A DNA stretch of 63,800 bases, filler included, from Octopus bimaculoides (lineage: Eukaryota), in the NCBI RefSeq assembly GCF_001194135.2. It is 6 parts of 6 records of this genome, joined end to end, with 100 filler letters (N's around TTAATTAATTAA, not from the genome) between each part and the next. Parts side by side here need not be neighbours in the genome. Positions count along the whole stretch, not along the records: positions 18,261 to 29,030 come from NC_068981.1; positions 29,131 to 54,939 come from NC_068983.1; 4 more parts are not named here. One strand, written 5' to 3'. The notes under the pieces were generated by a model, which had not been told where the DNA came from, made no database searches, and saw only the letters and a list, made by a program, of their open reading frames with translations. Shown in pieces: positions 24,096 to 34,085 of the stretch (position 1 is its first letter; each line of letters starts with the position of its first letter). The position numbers were made by a program, and so were the translations under genes.

Positions 24096-24654
24096 ACACT
24101 TCAGTACTCCACTGGTTCTCATTTTACCCATCCCGAAATAATGTAAGTTAAATTTGACCAGAATGAGATTTGAACGCAAAACGTAAATATTCGTAAATAC
24201 CGTGTGACATATCCACCGCTCTCTCGAGATTGAAAATCTACCACCTTGGCTCTTACTCCAGCATTTAACATTGCCAGCTATTCGGCTGCCATGTCATACC
24301 GTAAATACAGTTATAGAAGCCTTGAGAGCAGCTGTATATAGTCGCTCAATTTGATAGAAAAAAAGCTATCAGATCTTTCTCACACCTCATCATCCTGTCT
24401 TCAAAAGATATGGACACTTTTAATGACATTTACTCCAAAATACACTGTGACTAAAACACTGACGTGATCAACATGGCTATAACGTTTTTGATCGCAATTT
24501 GAGCAGAGCTGAGCTGCCGCTAAACACCAACAGCCAATTCAACAACATTGTGCTTCTAACCAACGGGTGTGTTTCCATATAATCGTTAGACAAGCTAGAA
24601 AGAGCAACTGAATCTTGTTCAACAAACACTCTATCGTCTAAAAAAGAGACATTG

Positions 24655-24834
24655 GATTATGGTTAAGAAGTTCCCTTTGCAACCACATGGTTTTGGGTTC
24701 AGTCCCACTGCGCGACATCTTGGACAAGTATCTTCTACCATAGCTTTGGGTCAAACAATGCCATGTAAGTGAACTTGGTAGGTGAAACTGTGAAGAAGCC
24801 AGTGTGGAATCCAGTCGTAAATGTGTGTGTGTGA

Positions 24835-24877
<43 letters not shown>
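24655..24877 (+). mobile_element. SINE family B (head, centre, internal (GT)n)
   Basis: TGGTTAAGAAG, GGTTCAGTCCCACTG, TTGGACAAGTATCTTCTACCATAGC. Confidence 0.75.
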
Positions 24878-26091
24878 NNNNNNNNNNNNNNNNNNNNNNN
24901 NNNNNNNNNNNNNNNNNNNNNNNNNNNNNNNNNNNNNNNNNNNNNNNNNNNNNNNNNNNNNNNNNNNNNNNNNNNNNNNNNNNNNNNNNNNNNNNNNNNN
25001 NNNNNNNNNNNNNNNNNNNNNNNNNNNNNNNNNNNNNNNNNNNNNNNNNNNNNNNNNNNNNNNNNNNNNNNNNNNNNNNNNNNNNNNNNNNNNNNNNNNN
25101 NNNNNNNNNNNNNNNNNNNNNNNNNNNNNNNNNNNNNNNNNNNNNNNNNNNNNNNNNNNNNNNNNNNNNNNNNNNNNNNNNNNNNNNNNNNNNNNNNNNN
25201 NNNNNNNNNNNNNNNNNNNNNNNNNNNNNNNNNNNNNNNNNNNNNNNNNNNNNNNNNNNNNNNNNNNNNNNNNNNNNNNNNNNNNNNNNNNNNNNNNNNN
25301 NNNNNNNNNNNNNNNNNNNNNNNNNNNNNNNNNNNNNNNNNNNNNNNNNNNNNNNNNNNNNNNNNNNNNNNNNNNNNNNNNNNNNNNNNNNNNNNNNNNN
25401 NNNNNNNNNNNNNTATATATACATGTATGTATAAGAGGTTCAGTTATTCACATGTATATCACACACATATACACATAAATACGTACATAGATAGACACAA
25501 ACGACAGATTCATATAGGGGGAGAAACAGATTGACAGACACATGCATACATACATACATACATACATACATACATACATACATACATACATACATACATA
25601 CATAAGCACACACACACACAGATGCACATACAGGCACGAAGCTATCTACAGAAATACACACAAGCTATTTACAAGTTCAGATACTAAGGCACATTCATAT
25701 ATTGATATATGCAGGGATACGCATAGACAAACAAATACACAGATACCGATGCGAACATTCATACATAGGCGTTGTGTGCACGCCTGTGTGTATGCATAAA
25801 CGCTTACACACGTAAGTAAAGATGTCTGGGCAGTTTCATAAGAGAATTTTTACAGCATACTTCTGCAAAGTAGTAAAAAGATAAATTGCATGTGCGTGTG
25901 TGTGTGTGTATACAGTAGAAAGAAAGAGTTAGCAGGAAAACAATCGGTATTAGTTTAGAGTAGTGTTTCTCAACCTTTTTACTCTAGCGTCACACTTAAA
26001 ATAAATTACGTCTCAAGGAACTCCTGCACAAAATAAAAATTACTATAACTTTCTTATATTTTTTCATCGTAGTTCACGTGGTAAATATCAT

Positions 26092-26473
26092 GTTGGCACT
26101 CCGTCGCTTACGACGTCGAGGGTTCCAGTTGATCCGATCAACGGAACAGCCTGCTCGTGAAATTAACGTGCAAGTGGCTGAGCATTCCACAGACACGTGT
26201 ACTCTTAACGTAGTTCTCGGGGATATTCAGCGTGACACAGAGTGTGACAAGGCTGACCCTTTGAATTACAGGTACAACAGAAACAGGAAGTAAGAGTGAG
26301 AGAAAGTTGTGGTTGAAGAGTACAGCAGGGTTCACCACCATCCTCTACCGGAGCCTCGTGGAGCTTTAGGTGTTTCGCTCAAGAAACACTCACAACGCCC
26401 GGTCTGAGAATCGAAACCGCAATCCTATGACCGCGAGTCCGCTACCCTAATCACTAGGCCATTGCGCCTCCAC
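26092..26473 (-). mobile_element. Full-length tRNA-derived SINE family C with 12-bp target-site duplication
   Basis: Head GTGGAGGCGCAATGGCCTAGTG, B box GGTTTCGATTC; perfect TSD GGTAAATATCAT at 26080-26091 and 26474-26485. Confidence 0.9.
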
Positions 26474-26643
26474 GGTAAATATCATATATACAGTAGAAAG
26501 AAAGAGTTAGCAGAGAAACTATGGGTATTATATATATATATATATATATCTGTAAATAATACGACAATTATTCGGTAGCCATGATAAAACTCCGAGTTTC
26601 GNNNNNNNNNNATATCTGTAAATAATACGACAATTATTCGGTA

Positions 26644-26714
26644 GCCATGATAAAACTCCGAGTTTCGGATGCCGGGGCGGAAACCCACGCCGCCATTTCT
26701 TCAGTTATCTGGCC
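26644..26714 (-). ncRNA. Type I hammerhead ribozyme candidate in a PLE terminal repeat
   Basis: GCCA-GATAA / CTGAAGA / 31-nt stem II / GAAA / CTCGGAG / UU / TTATC-A-TGGC. Confidence 0.65.
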
Positions 26715-26830
26715 ATCGAAGGCCACATATTATTTACAGATAAATTCCTCTATTTACATAATATCGAGGTCTCTTTCTTTCTTTTGTTGTCTTACCTTTT
26801 CTATCAATATATATATATATATATATATAT

Positions 26831-28696
26831 AGTCTATTCTATGGATTACCCAAAATACACAAGAATCCACATATTTGTAAAGCTTGCCAAGTTTTTCCAA
26901 GCCTCTGCATTAATATTCCTCCCCCTACTGACCTCAAACTGAGACCCATCATTGCTGGCCCTGCTTGTGAAACCCACCGTTTGAGCAACTTCCTCGACAT
27001 CTTGCTCAAACCGTTTCTAAAATATGTAAGAAGCTTCATCAGGGATGACTTAGATATGTTAAACCACCTCCCGAAGACAATAAGTGAAGGTACTCTGTTA
27101 GTATCATTCGATGTAGTGAATTTGTACACCAATATCCCACACGATTATGGTATAGAAGCGATCTCCTTCTGGCTAGAAAAATACCCACAAGAGATCCCAG
27201 GGCGCATCAACCACAGATTTATAATCGCAGCACTCAAATTCATTCTGCTGAACAACTATTTCATGTTCGATACTGCTTACTATCGGCAAAAATGTGGAAT
27301 TGCAATGGGAACCCGAGGTGCGCCAGTGATTGCGAACCTTGTAATGGGTTACCTAGAGCTTAATATATATCATTCATCATTACAAAAATATGGCAACTCT
27401 TTTCATTACTATTTAAAGGAGATCTGGAAAAGGTATTTGGATGATTGCTTTATACTTTGGAACGACAGCATGGACAAACTCCTCGATTTCAAAATAATGC
27501 TTAACAATATTAATAGCAACATACAATTCACTATGAAACACAGCAGTAAACAACTCCCTTTTCTTGACATCTTAATTAAAATAGTCAATAACCACATAGA
27601 AACAGACATCTTCTATAGACCTACAGATTCTAAACAATACCTATTATTTAACTCATGCCACCCCAAACACATAAAAATTAATATACCTTATAATCTAGCG
27701 AAAAGAATCTGTACCATAGTTTCGGACTCCGATACTCGTGAACGAAGACTCCTTGAACTCAGATCAATACTAATCAAGAGACATTACCCAATATCTTTAA
27801 TAAATAATGGAATCAAACGAGCTAAGGAAATAGACATACAAACATTAAGGGAAGTCAACCGAAAAACTAAACCAGACTTTAAAATACTCCCATACATCTC
27901 CACACATAACCCTAGAAACAACGAAGCCTTTAACGTTATCATCCAAAATCTCCCCATCCTCACAAGAGATAAAACACTGAACAAANNNNNNNNNNNNNNN
28001 NNNNNNNNNNNNNNNNNNNNNNNNNNNNNNNNNNNNNNNNNNNNNNNNNNNNNNNNNNNNNNNNNNNNNNNNNNNNNNNNNNNNNNNNNNNNNNNNNNNN
28101 NNNNNNNNNNNNNNNNNNNNNNNNNNNNNNNNNNNNNNNNNNNNNNNNNNNNNNNNNNNNNNNNNNNNNNNNNNNNNNNNNNNNNNNNNNNNNNNNNNNN
28201 NNNNNNNNNNNNNNNNNNNNNNNNNNNNNNNNNNNNNNNNNNNNNNNNNNNNNNNNNNNNNNNNNNNNNNNNNNNNNNNNNNNNNNNNNNNNNNNNNNNN
28301 NNNNNNNNNNNNNNNNNNNNNNNNNNNNNNNNNNNNNNNNNNNNNNNNNNNNNNNNNNNNNNNNNNNNNNNNNNNNNNNNNNNNNNNNNNNNNNNNNNNN
28401 NNNNNNNNNNNNNNNNNNNNNNNNNNNNNNNNNNNNNNNNNNNNNNNNNNNNNNNNNNNNNNNNNNNNNNNNNNNNNNNNNNNNNNNNNNNNNNNNNNNN
28501 NNNNNNNNNNNNNNNNNNNNNNNNNNNNNNNNNNNNNNNNNNNNNNNNNNNNNNNNNNNNNNNNNNNNGGAATCTTAATCCTAATTTCCTAATTTTTCCC
28601 TTCGATCAATGTTCACAGAACACGTCTACACAACAAAGAATGAATAAAGAGGCAATTTTCATTAATAAATATCTTCAACTAAATATAAACATATAA
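26831..28696 (+). CDS. PLE reverse transcriptase-endonuclease ORF (partial; open across the sequenced parts, gap 27986-28568)
   Basis: YGLPKIHK, LRPIIAGP, SFDVVNLYTNIP, QKCGIAMGT, RYLDDCF, PFLD, SCHPKH; C-terminus R..KE..FI.KY...N. Confidence 0.8.
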   Translation, partial: SLFYGLPKIHKNPHICKACQVFPSLCINIPPPTDLKLRPIIAGPACETHRLSNFLDILLKPFLKYVRSFIRDDLDMLNHLPKTISEGTLLVSFDVVNLYTNIPHDYGIEAISFWLEKYPQEIPGRINHRFIIAALKFILLNNYFMFDTAYYRQKCGIAMGTRGAPVIANLVMGYLELNIYHSSLQKYGNSFHYYLKEIWKRYLDDCFILWNDSMDKLLDFKIMLNNINSNIQFTMKHSSKQLPFLDILIKIVNNHIETDIFYRPTDSKQYLLFNSCHPKHIKINIPYNLAKRICTIVSDSDTRERRLLELRSILIKRHYPISLINNGIKRAKEIDIQTLREVNRKTKPDFKILPYISTHNPRNNEAFNVIIQNLPILTRDKTLNKXXXXXXXXXXXXXXXXXXXXXXXXXXXXXXXXXXXXXXXXXXXXXXXXXXXXXXXXXXXXXXXXXXXXXXXXXXXXXXXXXXXXXXXXXXXXXXXXXXXXXXXXXXXXXXXXXXXXXXXXXXXXXXXXXXXXXXXXXXXXXXXXXXXXXXXXXXXXXXXXXXXXXXXXXXXXXXXXXXXXXXXXXXXXXXXXXXXNLNPNFLIFPFDQCSQNTSTQQRMNKEAIFINKYLQLNINI

Positions 28697-28875
28697 CATC
28701 ATATAGAATATCACTAATTTTCCATTTAATATCACTAACCCCCATACATCCCATACACCATTCACACTACAAATCCAGATTACCCTAATTGCACCAAATC
28801 CAGAACTACTTACCTCCCTTTCACATAATCTTTTTACTAAGGGACTTGACACGGTTCAGAATTCGGTGTATACTC

Positions 28876-28914
28876 AAAGCAATGACTAGTATTATTACGA
28901 AACCGGTATGCTTT
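28876..28914 (+). ncRNA. Minimal type I hammerhead ribozyme with A3-U8 core variant
   Basis: AAAGCA / ATGACTA / GTA-TTAT-TAC / GAA / ACCGGT / A / TGCTTT. Confidence 0.75.
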
Positions 28915-28983
28915 TAAATCTCTTTAACAACTCACAATAATGACTCTTTTTTACCTTTATTCCTACCTCAGTTCATCCAATTG

Positions 28984-29018
<35 letters not shown>

Positions 29019-29030
29019 ATATATATATAT

Positions 29031-29130
29031 NNNNNNNNNNNNNNNNNNNNNNNNNNNNNNNNNNNNNNNNNNNNTTAATTAATTAANNNNNNNNNNNNNN
29101 NNNNNNNNNNNNNNNNNNNNNNNNNNNNNN
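29031..29130. other. Artificial scaffold linker
   Basis: 44N-TTAATTAATTAA-44N. Confidence 0.95.
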
Positions 29131-29920
29131 CCACAGGATGGAGCGGCCACCGCTTTTTTGGGGGGTTCTGTGCATGTTGTAATTAAGGTGTTTAAGTGGA
29201 CGGCAGTTGTCTATACTTTTGGTAGGGCTAACTGATTTAAACATCTTAGATTTGGCCCTAGTCTTATAGGTGTGATTGTGGGGTCTGCTTGGATATGTGG
29301 GTGGTTGGTTGTGGTTTTGATTGATGTTATGTCTTTGGGGTACGATTTGTGATATAAATTGTTTAAGCCTGGTGTTATGGATGTATTTTATTTGTTGTGA
29401 GAAACCACTAGCCGCTAGTGCTTGGTTGTAGTATGGAGCGTGATTGTTAAATATTTCTTCAGAAGAGGATAGATCAGATAAGCGGGTAGAGATCCCTATG
29501 ATTATGTTATCGAAAGTAGATCTGTGATGATTAGATTGAATATTGAGATATTTAAGGTAATGGTTGGGTTTATGATAGGGGAAGTGTTGCGAGTTAGATA
29601 GGTTTAGAGAAACGTCCAAGAAGTTAGCCGTTTTGTATGCGTTTTCAAATGTTATTGATAGATTCATACCTGAGAAAAATTTGTGTAGATCCTTTTTTGT
29701 CCTCTCAATGGAAGATTTGTTAGTAGTCTTGGTAATAAGTAAAGCGTCATCCCTATATAGACCACCATGGATGTTAGGGAAGTGTGATTTTAATTGGTGG
29801 AGTATGTACAATCCAACTAAATCCGTGGCCTGTGCTGAATCGGAAGAACCCATGGTTACATCAAATAATTTGTTAGAGCTATTAGTATGTTGATTAGCTC
29901 GGCACCAGAGCTTGTTCTCG
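29131..29920 (-). pseudogene. PLE RT fragment of the GLYRDD type (probably Hydra clade)
   Basis: MGSSDSAQATDLVGLYIL, GLYRDDAL, NFLDVSLNL, PYHKPN, SSSEEIF, RSILW; bounded by gaps. Confidence 0.8.
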
Positions 29921-31018
29921 NNNNNNNNNNNNNNNNNNNNNNNNNNNNNNNNNNNNNNNNNNNNNNNNNNNNNNNNNNNNNNNNNNNNNNNNNNNNNNNN
30001 NNNNNNNNNNNNNNNNNNNNNNNNNNNNNNNNNNNNNNNNNNNNNNNNNNNNNNNNNNNNNNNNNNNNNNNNNNNNNNNNNNNNNNNNNNNNNNNNNNNN
30101 NNNNNNNNNNNNNNNNNNNNNNNNNNNNNNNNNNNNNNNNNNNNNNNNNNNNNNNNNNNNNNNNNNNNNNNNNNNNNNNNNNNNNNNNNNNNNNNNNNNN
30201 NNNNNNNNNNNNNNNNNNNNNNNNNNNNNNNNNNNNNNNNNNNNNNNNNNNNNNNNNNNNNNNNNNNNNNNNNNNNNNNNNNNNNNNNNNNNNNNNNNNN
30301 NNNNNNNNNNNNNNNNNNNNNNNNNNNNNNNNNNNNNNNNNNNNNNNNNNNNNNNNNNNNNNNNNNNNNNNNNNNNNNNNNNNNNNNNNNNNNNNNNNNN
30401 NNNNNNNNNNNNNNNNNNNNNNNATATATATATATTAAAATCTGTTTATTTTCTTCCGTATATTTAATTTTATCACTTAGCTAATTAGTTTTTTTTTTCT
30501 TTTGTAGCTTGTTAGCTATAATTTGAATGTGCTTTAATGTAGATAATTTATTTACTCTCTATAACCTTGTGTACTTGAATTACCTTTTGAGGCTTTTTAC
30601 TTATAAATACTAAATTAATATAAGGCTACTTTAAATTATGTGTACCTAAGGATTTTAATGAGTATATTATATAAGAGCATTATTTTTTAGGTATACCTCT
30701 ATTTGACCAGGATCTTGTATTTAAATGTGTTTTAATATCTAAATATTTTTTTCTTCGGTTTGAATTTTGTATTCATTCTGATGTTTATAACTCCAGTGTT
30801 CCTTTTTTTTGAAATCTACAGCATTTTGGATTGGTTAATAACTGAACTTCATAGTATACCATCATTGATTTTAATTAATTTAATTTATTTGCTTGATTTC
30901 AACACCTTTAAGATGAACGGTTGTATATCATTTCATGTATTTTCATCCTGCTTTGCATGGTTTTATAGGTCAACTATGAAAATTGTATATGAATGCTTTC
31001 TATTTTTATTGTCTGCAT

Positions 31019-31077
<59 letters not shown>

Positions 31078-31081
31078 GGCC

Positions 31082-31183
31082 CTGACGAGATGTAGTATCC
31101 CATATTTTATAATATTTCATAATATTTTATAATATGCAAGAATCGATCTGGATATTGCATCGAAATGATCATAGGTCAATTTC
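31082..31183 (+). ncRNA. Hammerhead remnant with 12-bp stem II, lacking the 5' strand of stem I
   Basis: CTGACGA 31082-88, GATGTAGTATCC/GGATATTGCATC, GAAA 31162-65, GUC 31175-77. Confidence 0.55.
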
Positions 31184-31194
31184 ATTGTTATTAC

Positions 31195-31820
31195 AGGTGC
31201 ATCAGTGAAACTGTCGTGCATGCCTTCGGACACTGTGAGGAGTTGAGGGAGTTGATAACTTATGTCGAACAACTATCGGATGCAGAGAGAGTATAGCTCT
31301 TGACTGAGTCCATAATTAAGATTGTACCGCCTTCTTCCTTCAACAAGGAAAAGAAGGCATCTTTTTTCTGCATAGTAGCCATACTGAAAGAAATGGTATG
31401 GATGACATGAGCTAAAGGGATTGGGACAGGTCATTTCATCTCCGGATACGGGTTGGTAAGTTATTTCAATTTCCACCTGTTGAGAAAGATCCGTCTGGAG
31501 AAAAGGTGCTTGTCGCAAAGTACGTTCGGAAAAAGATGGATGTCTGTAGTAAGGAAGCTGAGGATGAATGGGGCCCTGCTAGCATAGCTGGTCAAGGTGA
31601 AAAGAAGGAAAAAGAAAAAACCAAAAAGAAAAACCTTGCGGGTTAACCATAAAAAATAACCCGGAACATTATTTTATAAATTCTTAATTGTATATAATTT
31701 TATTTCATCCTTTTATCCAATTTTTTCCATTTCATTGTAACCCAAACCATTTGTAAGGATGTAAGTGTTTGTCTCTTGTAGTGTCCCCTTTATGTATACC
31801 TTTATAGGTAAATAAAGAAA
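31195..31820 (+). pseudogene. L1/Tx1-type LINE ORF2 C-terminus and 3' UTR, decayed
   Basis: ETVVHAFGHC knuckle, LLTESIIKIVPP, VAILKEMVW; AATAAA near 31810. Confidence 0.55.
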
Positions 31821-32639
31821 TTCTTTCAGTTCCAGACCTTTTAAGGTCTAACCACTGATCACACAAGACACAGCCAGTTCCAGCAACAACACAACAGCAG
31901 CCACATGGGACTCAACAACTTCGTCCAACAGCATTTGGCGACCTCCATCTCCACCACCATCATTCATCCTGACGTCAACATCTCTCTATGTACTCGCTCA
32001 GGTAACAACACTGCACTGTTCGTGAATTACTTCACCATGGATCAACAGCAAATATACAACCTGCGAGAACTCCTGCACTAAGTAACCCAGGCAGCAGCAT
32101 TACAGTCACAACTTCATACGACACACACCGCTCCGGCTCTGCATCCTCGCCGCAACTTCTTGATACAGTATTTCAACTATCGTGTACAATTGACTATGAA
32201 CTGGTATTTATCATTCTTGTGTCTATGAACTTACTCCTCTCTTCGATGGTTACAGACATTTTCACTGTCTCTTCTTCATCGCTATCCTTATATGATCTTA
32301 ACACACATACATCTATGCTTACATACACACACATACATCTTATTCTTATGACAGCCTGTCTATTATTCTGTATATATGATGCACACACAATCACACATGT
32401 TAACATATCAATAAATCTTCTCTTAAACATTTTATCCGGTTGTGTCTCTTACTTCCCTCTGGCACATATATGCATTATTCTATTTATATTCATTGTATCA
32501 ACCGTGTGATATACTAAGGAACCATTCTCATCATTTCGCTTTACACGGATGTCACAAATCGGCAACCCGTTCCAGCTCCTTGAAGCTACACAAATAATTA
32601 TGATGGGAGAAGGAGATACTCTACAGGTGTCACAAACGA

Positions 32640-33560
32640 TGTCACATTTCTTTCGTGACATCGTGTCCCACATATGCATATATATATATATATATGTATA
32701 GCTGTAAGTATGTACATATATGTATGTATATATGCATATATATATATATATATGTATAGCTGTAAGTATNNNNNNNNNNNNNNNNNNNNNNNNNNNNNNN
32801 NNNNNNNNNNNNNNNNATATATATATTACTTATATTATCATATGATTGAATTCCATGCATCCTCTTCCAAGTAAGTTTTATCTTAATAATTGCGATGTGC
32901 ACTCTAAACGATCTTTTTGCTCTTTTCGTTTCTCCCTCTTTTTCTTTTACCTCCTCTTCTCCCAATATTCTATCCTATTACTCTGTCACTCTCTTTCCGT
33001 CACTCCTTTTCCCTTGCTCACGTGGCTCCTACATGACCATCAGCCATCTTTCTTTCTTCTCCTAACTTGTGTTTCTTTCTTTCTCTCCATTGTAGCTGGA
33101 ACAAGGAAGACATGTTTTTGTCTGTCTCCTGTCCAAGTTTTATTTACGCTTTTGCTACCACAACCTCATTTAGGCTTAGCAGCCCTTCCTGTTTGTTTTC
33201 ACTGTCCTGTTTGTGTTATCAATTTTGACTTTCTGCAAAATCCCAAATTTTATTTAATTTGCTTTGTGGGAGCAACTGTTTTATCAAAAGCCTATATTGT
33301 TGTTAAATGCTCGAAATACGAGAGTAGAAAAACAGCCAACAACTGATGAAGGGTTGTTCTTTATGCTGTTTGTCTTGTTATCCATTTGTGTCTTTTGTGC
33401 TTCGAAAAAATAGTTCATATTTCATGTACTCGTACTTCATATTTTTTTGTTTCATGCCGTCCTGTGCCCACATATGCCTATACATATGTATAGATGTAAG
33501 TATGTACATATATGTATGTATGTATGCATATATATATATATATATTATTTATATATATAT
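32640..33560 (+). mobile_element. PLE-like terminal element with duplicated tail
   Basis: Tail GTCCCACATATGC...TGTAAGTATGTACATAT at ~32665 and ~33465; hammerhead-like fold at 33276-33335. Confidence 0.5.
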
Positions 33561-33695
33561 ATATACATATATATACATATACATATATATATATANNNNN
33601 NNNNNNNNNNNNNNNNNNNNNNNNNNNNNNNNNNNNNNNNNNNNNNNNNNNNNNNNNNNNNNNNNNNNNNNNNNNNNNNNNNNNNNNNNNNNNNN

Positions 33696-33726
<31 letters not shown>

Positions 33727-33759
33727 TAGATAGATATATATATATCCATCTTACTCCTC

Positions 33760-34085
33760 CAGTCAATAACAGAGAAATTCAAGGCGGGTTGCCCCTGGGA
33801 GCTCCTCTATGCCGATGACCTAGCCCTCATAGCAGAATCACTGCCAGAACTAGAAAAGAAAGTTTGGGTGTGGAAGCAAGGTTTAGAATCAAAAGGCCTA
33901 AGAGTCAATGTAGCAAAGACCATAGTTCTAGTAAGTAGGAAGGCGAACTCATCACACACACCCTCAGTGTGCCCTGCTCGATCTGTAGAAAAGGCTTAGG
34001 TAGAAACCCCATAAGATGTACCCAGTGTAAGCTATGGACACATATGAGGTGCAGCAATATCAAAGGAAGATTAACCATGATGATA
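33760..34085 (+). pseudogene. RTE LINE RT fragment with Cys/His finger
   Basis: GCPWELLYADDLALIAES...KGLRVNVAKT, then CSICRKGLGRNPIRCTQCKLWTHMRC after a frameshift. Confidence 0.85.

Larger units (their letters stand above)
26831..28983 (+). mobile_element. 5'-truncated Penelope-like element (Neptune/Poseidon-like RT, C-terminal GIY-YIG mostly in gap)
   Basis: Flanked by (TA)n on both sides; RT ORF, 3' UTR and hammerhead. Confidence 0.9.

Noticed and set aside
26546-26667. 56-bp direct duplication across a 10-N gap as a tandem pseudo-LTR
   Set aside because: Exact identity on both sides of a nominal gap is best explained by an unmerged contig overlap
28983-29131. Tail-to-tail arrangement of two PLEs
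   Set aside because: They are separated by an artificial linker and belong to different PLE types
30430-31020. AT-rich stretch as the 5' ORF of the PLE at 29131-29920
   Set aside because: Multiple stops in all minus frames and no recognisable motif
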